The notes under the pieces are model-generated. The model was not told the DNA's origin. It saw nothing but the letters and a program-made list of their open reading frames with translations, and did no database searches. Positions 1 through 11,310 of a DNA stretch of 64,000 nucleotides are shown in pieces (position 1 is the first letter of the stretch; each line of letters begins with the position of its first letter). Made by a program: the position numbers and the translations under genes. The stretch comes from Phoronis australis (taxonomy: Eukaryota; Animalia; Phoronida), in contig NMRA01000471.1 in the NCBI GenBank assembly GCA_002633005.1, forward strand, positions 182,386-246,385, read 5' to 3'.

Positions 1-719
1 ATGAAAGAATATTTGCAAATATGATTTTATACTAGATGGGTGTACTCCAAACTGATCCGATACGTATCGAAATCATGAGGAGATACAGACATTTCTTCAC
101 ATGTTCTACTATTGCACCTGTTGCACTTGTGTAAGTCTTCTGGGAACCAATGCACACACATTTGAACAATGCTTTCAAAGGAGAGACTTTATGAAATCTA
201 CAACCACTCAAAATTTGAACATAAAATTCATTTACTAGTTAGCAATCCAGTATTAAACGATATAAGATATAATTTTTTACCAGAATTATCCATACACTAC
301 ACCGACATAAAAACTTCACATATCTATTCAAAGCAAACAATAACGAGCTTTTCAAAAGATCTCTATTTATAAAAGCTTGTGATTTCTGGCAGGAAATTCT
401 GATATGGTAAATGTATATGTATGCATGTATGTATGTATGTATTGAACATCTGATCATGAAATTCACTAATGTAACATGCACAAATGAGCTTAGCTCCAAG
501 TACAAATAAACAATCTCTCTCTCTCTCTCTCACATATTTACAGTTTGGGATGTTATGAATTTTTTCAAAACCCTAACTCAGAAACAACTTTGCATTACCA
601 TTAACACATTTGCACTTCATCTACCAGACAAGAAACTTTAAGGTAGCAAAAACTATTTGTAACAAATTTCAACTGAAGTTACACATATTTATAAGCACAA
701 TTGCAGAACCCCCATAGTG

Positions 720-1540
720 TGTAGCCAAATGTTTAACGATGTACTCCTGAATGGAGGTCACATCGGACTCGAGAATATAGAATTTAAGATAAGTGACAGT
801 TTTTATTGGTTATGCATTAAGGCTCACTGTGAGAGGTGGATTGGAGAGTGTGATAGATGTCAGAGAGATGTTAATGTTGATACTAGTCTCCATGAGTTGA
901 AGCCAGTTGTAACTAAGAAATCCCACAAAAGTCTGCTGTGCATGTGTCCAGGCACTTGTCTTGTGTTTTCGTATAGTTTGTGCCACCTGAGAAATTTATT
1001 ACAGACCAGGGGAGATGATTTTGGAATGAGTTGAATTCAACTCAGTTTACACTATTTGGTGTTTTATTTAGTGATGCTAGTTTAGCACGATCAAAGAAAT
1101 GTGCAGGATGAGTGCACAAACTAAATTGTTAAGTCCATACTCAATGTTTCAGACTGGGATCAGTTTTGTAGACACAGCAATATTTGTCTTCAACACCTCC
1201 CACCAGACCACTACCGGGTAATAGTCCATATAAATGTCCGTGTCAATTATCAAACCATCACACCCAATGAGAAGCATGGACACAGAACCTCAAAGCGCTA
1301 ACTTCCAGATAATAGTGTGCAAGAAAATGAGGCGAATGCTAGAACTGAATGGATGAACTACATTAAGAAGATGGCTGATGTGAGGCAAAATTAAAGAAAA
1401 AACAATATGATTCCAAAATTAACTTTAAACCAAAACCTTTTTCTTCTAAGTTCGGGATGGAGGTATTGATTATGAATGTTCGCAAAATAATTAGTAAAGG
1501 AAATAAGTAGGAGGACAATAATCTTGGCCATATATCATTT
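720..1540 (+). mobile_element. Second, divergent Ginger/Gypsy-type integrase remnant
   Basis: GGHIG..ISDSFYW..CDRCQR (H2C2 zinc domain), then PPEKFITDQGR and DWDQ fragments with stops. Confidence 0.65.
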
Positions 1541-1699
1541 TGAAACTTACAGATTGTTGGGTTTCACTAAACCAACCAAATGGAAGTCCACACAAGAAAG
1601 TTGTCGCAGTGTATCCCCTGCCATACTAGAGGATATCAACACCTGTACAGTTAACACTCAAGAAACAGGCTGTTTCACTTGGCAACAATCCAAAAGCCC

Positions 1700-1860
1700 T
1701 CACAAGATTTACCACAACACTTCATCAGTCACTGAAATGATTGAATCACTAAACTGGCAAACCCTTGAATTCTGAAGCTACTGACCTCTCGAAACTCTAC
1801 ATTTTATAAAATTGTCCACCAGTCCATCGCCATTCCCAATACCTGCATGTATCCCTTCAA
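1700..1860 (+). mobile_element. Non-LTR retrotransposon ORF2 C-terminal fragment
   Basis: YHNTSSVTEMIESLNWQTLE..YKIVHQSIAIP, a typical post-RT LINE motif. Confidence 0.55.
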
Positions 1861-2224
1861 TACTACTCTTACACCTAGATGCCATATGACATACTTCACT
1901 GTACCTGTTTATAGGTTTCAAAGTGAAGATTCAGAACATCTGAACTATGAACATATTAGGTTTTGTTTTGATCATACCACTCGCCATGGTGGTCGCCATG
2001 CTGTCGAACCTTTCAAAGCTCTGTTCATTAACTACCGGCGTGATGTTTATCTGGAAAATTCATTGTCAACTAAAAAGGTTTGGGATAGTTTTCAACTTAC
2101 TGTAAAACAACACACTTGCCACTATCTTACAGAAATACTGATGAGCATTTTGGACAAGAGCTGCTAGAGCAGGATTATTGCTCGTCCTCGTACCGAGGAG
2201 GAAGGATAAACAATTATGAAGCAA

Positions 2225-2578
2225 TTAGTGATTTGTATTCCTATCAGTGCAGCCAATGGAGTGGAGTTTTTTCATTCTTGGAGATTGTTAAAAGATGTGT
2301 ACACACGGAGTGACTTGAGCTAACTTATTGGAAAGGCTGGTGGTAAAGTCACAACAAAGTATTCCAGGAATTGTGAAGAGCAGGTCGACAAAAATATTTG
2401 TCTTGTGTGACTCCAAAGTCAAGTCTTCCCATACTGTCATTAAAAATGCTCTGGCACAAAAGTATCCTATTGTTAACCACGATTATGTTTTCAATGTTCT
2501 CAAGTGGAAATTCCAGGTGCAATTACCAGAATTGAAAAACAGTCGACAAAGTCATTATCGGTAAATAAACAGCATTTC
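2225..2578 (+). repeat. Copy 1 of a ~350-bp duplicated segment with decayed BRCT-like coding
   Basis: Near-identical to 4388-4757; LIGKAGGKV and IKNALAQKYPIVNHDYV in adjacent frames. Confidence 0.7.
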
Positions 2579-2964
2579 AATACTATTATAAAATCGGAAG
2601 ATGAAACATGATGCGTCTGCTAATGTCCTAATTCTCTTTTAAAGCATGTTCATTCTGACACAAAATTCTTTGCAAGTGTCTGGTGAGGATGAAATTGGAA
2701 GACGCGGGGATGAGAACGTAACGCTTAAAAGAGAAAATAAGTTGGTAAAGGCAGTGATTGCCAACATGCAAGGTACACATCTCACTGTTAAGTGAACTTG
2801 AGATGACCAAAAAATGGTGTACTTTCAGTTGGTAGACATAAATGCAGAATTTGCAGGTTATTCAAGTTTGGTGCTTACGATTGTTTTAAGATTATATGTT
2901 TAAAGCCTTGGAATACTTTGTTTTGGCATAAACAATTCTAATTTTTCACTAAAACCATTGAATT

Positions 2965-3250
2965 CCCATACCAAAAGACCATGTTCGCCGCAAGCTTGCT
3001 GCAAACATGCCGCAAGCTTGCAGCAAACAATTTTGTTTGCAGCAAAGCAGAATTTGCCGCTACCCGCAACTCAGCCGCACACATTGCCGCAACCTTGCTG
3101 CAAACACTGAAGTTTGCAGGAATGTTGCGGCAAACTTGGTGATTAAAAGAGTGTTTGCGGGGAAAGTTGCAGGAAACTTTATTGATGAAAAAGTGTTTGC
3201 GGGAAAGTTGCAGGAAACGTTATTGGTGAAAAGTGTTCTCAGGAATAGGT
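2965..3250. repeat. Repeat with iterated ttgcngcaa-type motifs in both orientations (non-autonomous TE-like)
   Basis: gccgcaagcttgc(t/a)gcaaac repeated, then 33-bp units aaagtgtttgcgggaaagttgcaggaaac. Confidence 0.45.
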
Positions 3251-4387
3251 GAAAAAGTGCTTGCACGAAATTTGAAGTGAACCTCAATGTTTAAAGTGTT
3301 AGCATTAAGATTGTGACAATGTTAGAAATTGTGACATTGTTTTTTATTTTCTAAATTTCAAAGAAACCTCAAATCCCAGAACCTAAGCAGGGCAGTTACT
3401 TATTTTAGATAACTTATTACTTAAATGTGACCTACTGTCGGGTAAGTTACATTGTTAAAAACAGCAAATGCTCAAAGAAGACCAAATGTGACCTAAAACA
3501 CTAGAGAATATAACTGCATCTGAATGTACTTTATTTGTTTTTTATTCAATCACTATACTTAACAAGTTTTCAACTTTCATACTGCTGTCAAGGTCAGTAC
3601 AGCAGAATATGAAATGCAATTGCTTTAAAACAACAAAGGCAGTGTTACCTGCATGTTGTATAAACAAGTATAATAAATATCAATACAAACCATACACAAA
3701 TATATGATCCAATTTTACCAAATGTGCAAGTATTAGCATTTGGAGCAATTTGTATTTTTCCAACATTTGAAATTATCTCATAATCACGTGGTAGCAGCCA
3801 CTGTAGCTACAGTAAAATTTTGTCTATTTCGGACAAAAATAATTGCCAAAAATTACTCATTTTGATTTTTCAAGGACATTATAGTTGTTGTGAAGACCCA
3901 CAATTTTTCAAAATATTGTCTGTCAGCACCTATGGTACAGACTTGGATATGACTCAGGATTCTTGTGGTACTGCACGCTATTTGTGAAAAGATAAGAAAT
4001 TTAATTTCACTAGTGTCCTTATATTATTGTTTTATGCTTCTAGAGTTGTTTAGTTTAATCATACTAGCCCAGCTACATGTTGAACTGCTAGGACTGTTTT
4101 CAAGGAATGCCTCTTGGAATACATTAATGTTTAATGCCTCTAGGGCTGTTGATTGTTTATTTAAATTATGCTAGCCCAGCCACATGTTGATCTGGTGGGA
4201 CTGTTATCAAGGAAAGCATGTGGTTGTCAAGGTTACATGACTGGGAAGTGACCTATAAGCTTTTATTTGATCCAAATTCAAAGGGGTTTTGGTACAGTCT
4301 AGACTCTACATGGATATCTGAAGAACTATGTGGATGTGAGTTTTGAATTTAAAATTGTATTTATGTTGATGTGATTGTTAAGTAAAA

Positions 4388-4757
4388 TTAGTGCTTTGTA
4401 TTCCTATCAGTGCAGTCAATGTAGTGGAGTTTTTTCATTCTCGTTCGTAATGTTCCAAAAAACTTGTTGAAACATGTGTACACACTGAGTCACTTGAGCT
4501 AACTTATTGGAAAGGCTGGTGGTAAAGTCACAAAAAAGTATTCCAGGAATTGTGAAGAGCAGGTCAACAGAAACATTTATCTTGTGTGACTCCAAAGTCA
4601 AGTCCACCAATAGTGTCATTAAAAAGGCTCTGGCACAAAAGTATCCCACTGTTAACTACGATTATGTCTTCAATGTTCTCAACTGAGAGTTCCAGGTGCA
4701 ATTACCAGAATTGGAAAACAGTTGACAAAGTCATTATCGATAAATAAACAGCATTTT
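4388..4757 (+). repeat. Copy 2 of the BRCT-like duplicated segment
   Basis: Direct repeat of 2225-2578. Confidence 0.7.
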
Positions 4758-6216
4758 CAGAAGGAAGTCAGAATGACTTCTCCAGATAAAGAGAGAAATA
4801 ACAGTGAGTGAAAATAGCAACAAAAGCCAAGGAATGTTGTTTTATGAGCTTCATCAAAGATGTAAACTACTTCTAAAAAATAAAAAATACAAAGTGTCAA
4901 TTATATGTCTAAACGTGAAACCGGGGCAAGGCAGAAAAGATCATTTCTACTGCACTTGTGCAATGATCTTCATACCGGTAACCACATTTATGCAATTCCT
5001 ACGGTTGCCAGTCAGCTGTGCAGTGCTTTGTCTTTAAACTTTATAATTCTAAACCTTTACAAAATATCTTCAAATTATCCAAATACCGGACAGAGCGACA
5101 ACTGGAATCCTACCAAGATAAGGAGTCTCGTATGTATCTGGGGAGAACCCAATATCCAGTACGAGCTGGAAATAATCGGGCAAAACGGCCTTGTTCACTC
5201 CAGAATCACCAACCAACTGAATCCCCAATTTAATAATAAAGGAAGATGAAGATAAAGCAAGCAACTAACAAGATAAAAGACTTACAACGAAACTATGAAC
5301 TTTGTAAAGATATGTTAGTTAGGCCTACATCTTAAGAGTTAGTAATTCATTTTGTTTTACTCGATTGTTAATTTGGCTTGGCATATATAGACGTGGGGAG
5401 TAGTTGGGAGACAAAACACGGCCATAATCTGTTTGCAACCCATGGATGCACTGAAAAACAAGAAATATAGGAGCCCTGGGGTAGTTTTCATGAAAATTGG
5501 GAGACATGAAATTAAAATGAGTTTTGACCAGGTTGGGGGGATGCAGTGTACTGTCTTCACTTGTTTTCTTTCTCACTGATACGGTGATATTACGACTTGT
5601 TTTTTTACGAAAAAAATACCACACCTCCAACTGAATAATTACATGTATTAACATGCACAAGTTACTCGCAAAATACGAAATGCCATATTGTTCGATTTAC
5701 AAGAGCACCATATTTGGGACATCTTGTTATTTAGTTGAAAATCAACTTACATATTATGAAATGTATTAGGATAACATTGATGACGATGACACTGAGGGCA
5801 CAATTTAAAAAAGATCAGGTAGGTAAGTGAGGAGCTGGTAAATTGTAAAAATTATTTTTTCACATATTTTTAGCAAAAAAATGAAACATGTATGCTCAGG
5901 GTTAACTGCAGAAATATTTCACGAATAGTTGCTCTGGTGCCCACTAAAACTCACAAGAATTTAGCATTGAGTGAAAAATGTGCTTAGTGCTCGTATTACT
6001 TTAATTTTTAAAAACATTCCTCAATTCCCCCATTTGGTTTAGACAATATCAATAGAAAGAAGAAAGTTTAAACATGTTACCGATATATTTTTGATTGTGC
6101 ACCGTTAAGTATGCTAACAGATATAGGGTTGTGAAAACCATGAACAATGGCCTTTCTTCGATATTTCAGGTTAAACTGAAGTCTTTGGAGAGTGAATGGT
6201 TTTTGCCGGTTGTTTA

Positions 6217-6304
6217 CTGAGGGCCCTCTTGGAAAGCAGTGCTATCACTGAAGAGGTCACCCTCATTTTAAATATCACAATAATAAATAAATAAATAAAT
6301 AAAT
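6217..6304 (+). mobile_element. 3' tail of a LINE/SINE (stem-loop plus AATA repeats)
   Basis: gagggccctcttggaaagcagtgctatcactgaagaggtcaccctc..(aata)n; same tail at 44990-45060 and 45265-45350. Confidence 0.7.
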
Positions 6305-7569
6305 GACAAAGAGGTGGAAAGCAGACGTTTCTTCGTAGCAAAATGGAACAAAGGTGAGTTTAGTTAAAAACTTGGATGGAAGTTTTCCCACAGTAAGGGG
6401 TAATGGAGACATGTTACCTTTTGCAGATTTTGATTGCTGAATGAGGTTAAAAACTTCCAAAGCTGCAGTTAACTTTAGTCGGTCTCAAGCAATTCAACTA
6501 TTGCCTCCAAAGTTTGAGCATGAGATGGTGACCCACTATAAGAAAAAAGTCTAGCGAGGACACTGATCATCGAAAGAAAAATGAAATTCGGATTATCCTT
6601 AAGCCTTATCTAAGTAATCCTTTATGAAATCGTCTGCTTATGTATAAGGAAACTGTTTTGTTTCAGAGACTGACAGCACATCTGTAGACAACCAGTGTTT
6701 TGCTGACATTGTTCGGAAGTTTCACTTTCTCCGTGAAACGTTCACTGATATAAAGAAGTGGAGAGGTCACTGTGCCAGTCATCTGGGTGTAGCTGTGAGT
6801 TTTTTCCTAATTTGTATAGGTGGGTCTGACCTTTATATCTTCTCCAATTTTTTTAGATGTTCAGATCGCCAATTCTCAAAATTTTGCGATTTTGCACGGA
6901 TTTTACTTTTGCATGCTGTTTTGACATCTGGAGTTTCCTTGCTAAAGTCCATTATATTAATTTAATTTCAAGGCAATGAACCAAGTAGGAATTCCTGTCT
7001 TCAACAAGAGATGCAATTTTTGGGGGTTTTGCCCCAATTCAGATATTTTATTTATTCTTTAATTAGAATTTAGAACTTTCATTGTTTTTTTTTTAACTAG
7101 AAAATAATTACCATTCCCTGATAAGTGTTCAAATGTAAATATTTGTTCTAGCGGCGGACATTGACAAACACCTAACGCAACCACCTGCAGGAACTGGGCC
7201 CTTATGGGACGAAGTACTGGACTTATCGAGAAGTGGAGGTGCCATCAGATAGTTGGTCAGCAAAGGATGACCTCGCCAAGACAAACTTTCCTTAAGAACT
7301 TGAAAGAGGGTATTATCTTCAAGTTCTAAAGTGTCTTAATGCTGGCACAATAAGCTATGGAGAGTTCAAAAGTAGACTGGCGCCCTTGGTTAAAAATGAC
7401 AAGTATGTTTTTACTTCACATTCTGAAACCATTGTTCAGGGACTAAAAAGAAACTGACCGCACATTACCACAATTTCTAAATGTGACACCTGGTTAAACA
7501 GACTATCAGCCCATCCCTACTTCTGGCTGCCTGATACAAAATATTATCCAGGCCAGAGTCCATCCTAGG

Positions 7570-9859
7570 ATTTAAGCTATCCAAGTTGTGTTTGTAATAA
7601 ACTCAAGTCTTTCTTTCTTACCTATGGTCCCCCTGAGAGAATCCTTACAGACCAAGGGCGTGAATTTTGCAATGCTCTTAATGAAAGAATTTTCTCTCTT
7701 TTTAATGTAAAGCATTTGGTCACACTTGCTTACCATCCACAGACCAACGGGCAAGATGAGAGGACCAACCAGACTGTGAAAAAAATTCTGTCCAAAATGT
7801 CCAGTAAGAGCAAGACTGACTGGGACCAGCACATTGAGACGACTATGTTTGGCATTAATACAGCGATTCAAAGTTCCACTCATTATTCTCCTTTTTATCT
7901 GATGTTCAATCGTTCTGCAAGGTTTTTTTTCAGAGATAGCACACCGAGAAACTAGTCCTGAGACAGAGACTGGGGCAGAATCATACCGAGCTGATGGTGT
8001 TACTGAAGAAGAGGTTCAAAAGAGAATTGAGGTGATGGAGAGGGTCAAGGAAATTGTTGACGAAAACGCGCTGAAGAAGTCAAGGGGAGCAAAGTGTTTT
8101 GACTTTGCTGTGGGGATGGAAGTATTGGTCAAAAACATGAGGAAACAAGGTCGGAAGGGCATGCGTCTTGACGACGAAAGGAAGGGTCCGTACACCATTG
8201 CAGACCTTGGGGAACAGTCTGCGACTTTGATGGGTGGGAATGGCGTACGCATGGCCAAAAGGGTACCTGTAGTCTAACTGAAGCCTTATTTGAAGTCATC
8301 AGAGCCACGTCAAAGTTCAAAAGACCCTGAATCCACCAACTCCTTTTGTGACTTCAAGATTCCTGTGAATCCAGAGGTAGAGTCATTCATCTTTTAACTG
8401 CTCTGAGTCATCTGATGCAACCAAAACCTCTGTTCCTCGTGTGATCCCTGGTCCAACTTCTGCTTCAGTGTCCACAAAATCGACAGCCGTGGGAAAGCCC
8501 CCTATGGATCCATCCCACCTCTCCAAACAATCCAGTGCTACCAAGCCCCCCTGAGCACTCGCACTCCATCAGGTGACAAATATCCCAAAACAGGTAATTC
8601 TGATTGCCCACTTCAGTGTGAAGGCTCAGTGTCTTCATTTATGTCTAATCCATCTCCATCTAGTGCTGCAGGTTCTACGACAGGTGATGCTGATGATAAA
8701 TACCAGTCTCCAGCAAAGTCAGTATCTGCAAAACCTGCACTAGAACATTCAACTGTTTCAGCACTTAAGAACAGAAAAGTGCAGCAAGCATGCAGTAAGA
8801 CTAATCCAACTTTCAGATCTAACCCCTTCAACTCATCTGTAGTCACCATCTGAATGCCCAGTTTCTCCACTTAAGCCTAATCCATCTCTATCTAGTGTTG
8901 CAGGTTCTGCTACTGGAGATGCTGATTGCCAATACCAGTCTCCAACAAAGTCAGTATCTGTAAAAACTGCACATGAACATAGAACTGTTTCAGCACGTAA
9001 GCGGAGAAAAGTAGAGCAAGGGCGTGGTAAGGCTGTTCCAACTGTTTTTCCCATTTGCCAGGTGACGTCATTACCAGCTTTAACATTGGCTGAGAAGCGG
9101 ACTTTATGGAAAACACTTGATCCGTCATCATCACAGTGGTTGGATGACCGAATTATTGACAGAGCACATCGATCCTGTCATCTCAGTTTCCCGAATTGTC
9201 CGGTTTCCAGTCATGTGTTACATTGACTGATGGTCATTATAGTGGGTATATGCCAGTAGAAAATTGCTACTTTGTAGAGATTCTAAACATAAACAAAAAT
9301 CAATGGGTTACTTTGGGTAACTTAAGGTTTCGTAAACAACTCAATGCTGTACAGCTGTATGACAGTTTACCATGTAACAGTGTTCCTCAGATTGTACAAC
9401 AATTTGCAGCCGCTGTTTTGTATGATCCACGTGACCCTCAAATTTCTGTTGAAGTGATGAATATCATGCGACAGAAAGGTTGATGACTGTGGCCTGTTTG
9501 CCATTGCCAACGCAACTGCACTGTGCTTCCGGGATGATCCTGGACGCATTGTATGGAAACAAGATGAAATGCGAAGACATCTGCATAAATGTCTCATTAA
9601 TGGGAGATTTGAAATGTTTCCACACCACTACACTGCACACAATACAAAATTTTCCAGCATAAAGTTCTCATTGGATGTGTCAATATTTTGTAGGTGTCGT
9701 ATGCCCAATGACAAGGGATGCGAAATGGTGTGGTGTGACACCTGCCACGGATGGTTCCACCAGGAATGTGAAAGTCTGGATGAGAATCAGTGGGCACATG
9801 TCATTTCAGATGCATCACCAACATACAGCTGCAAGGGCTGCACCTCTGCACCAGCATAA
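7570..9859 (+). mobile_element. Degenerate Ginger1-like element: DDE integrase, GPY/F motif, Ulp1-type protease, PHD finger
   Basis: YGPPERILTDQGREF..AYHPQTNGQDERTN..WD..YSPFYLMF; KGPYTI; Ser/Pro linker with internal duplication; WLDDRIID..NQWV..LYDSL..Q..DCGLFAIA; CRCRMP..MVWCDTCHGWFHQEC..CKGC. Several frameshifts and stops. Confidence 0.8.
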
Positions 9860-10040
9860 TTGACAGTTCGCACTACTGGAAGTACCACCTCGTGCAAATT
9901 ACCGTTCCTCCAAGCCACCGCAACCTCCTCTATTAATCAGATTTTAATGGCCTCTGAAGTCCGTGTTTCAGATCATGATGCTCTTGTCTGTGGTTAATTG
10001 TAGCAGTTTTCATTTTCAGCATTTCATTTCTGGTTTTCAT

Positions 10041-10500
10041 GAAGTCCAATTTCAAATCCTCGTGTCTGATTCAGTTTTAGATTTGTGGGATTTTATGCTT
10101 GCTTATTTTGGTGTGCATATAGGAGTTACTTGTGCACGCTTATATAAGTACGCTGCCATCTTGGTGTTTTTGTTTAGGTTTTTCTTGAAGTCCAATTTCA
10201 AATCCTCGTGTTTGATTCAGTTTTAGATTTGTGGGATTTTATGCTTACTTATTTTGGTGTGCATATAGGAGTTACTTGTACACGCTTATATAAGTATGCT
10301 GCCGTCTTGGTGTTTTCATTTTGGTTTTTCTTGAAGTCCAATTTCAAATACTTGTGTTTGATTCAGTTTTAGGTTTGTGGGATTTTATGCTTACTTATTT
10401 TGGTGTGCATATAGGAGTTACTTGTGCACGGTTATATAAGTATGATGCCGTCTTGGTGTTTTCGTTTTGGTTTTTCTTGAAGTCCAATTTCAAATCCTGC
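10041..10500. repeat. Tandem repeat, 146-bp period, ~3.1 copies
   Basis: gaagtccaatttcaaat at 10041, 10187, 10333, 10479. Confidence 0.9.
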
Positions 10501-11310
10501 TTTATTTAGCTTTACAACATTAGATACTTGTGATGTTGGATGTTTGATTGTGTGAGAAAGATAATTAGATACTGTGATGCTGAGTGTGGCTGTGTGACTA
10601 ATACTTAATCCATCTTTTTGCAGGTAAACTTAATATCTGTTAAAATCAAGTTCCTTATTGACTGCAGGATATTAGCAGCGTTTCAACTTTTAACCCTCCC
10701 TATGTCCTTGTTACAATTACACTGTTCTCATGCCGAACACACGTATTTTGGTACTGGGATTTCTAAACATGATAACTGAAAATAATTCCTTTTGATCCAC
10801 CAAACTGACACTAAATACACTGCGTCTTCAATTTTCATGGATGGGCTACGCTTGTCTATATCCTGACTGGGTACCATGTTCAATTGATTGTGATCACATT
10901 AACATTTTGTTTTCAGGCTTTACATAACGCACTTTTTTACAGTAATTTCTTGTTTAACTTAGAAAACCACCCAGCCTCTTACACAATTGTGCTTCATCTT
11001 AATTTTACTGTGCAGTCTTTAGTATAAGTAGCTAAGTGTGAAACCGAAATTGAATCAACGGCACCTTTTTAACGCTAGTGAGCTTGTCTTTGGCAAGTTG
11101 GTTGTCATTGTATTTACCAGTTCCTCCATTTTAATGATGTTCACATAAATATCCGGTCAAAGTTGCGTTATTCAATGTTCATGTATTTAAATTGCTAGCT
11201 CAGTTTTTACGATTTTTAGGATAGTATTGGTGGTGTTTCTGTTTTACTAAGTTTCTCTTGTGGTTGTGGTGTGTATGCTATTGCTGTTCCACCACATTAG
11301 CCACTGGCAT

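Noticed and set aside
10690-10705. TTAACCCT as the piggyBac left terminus
   Set aside because: Only 8 contiguous nt match the right end; the longer gapped match is at 11311-11390. Kept as a weak alternative.
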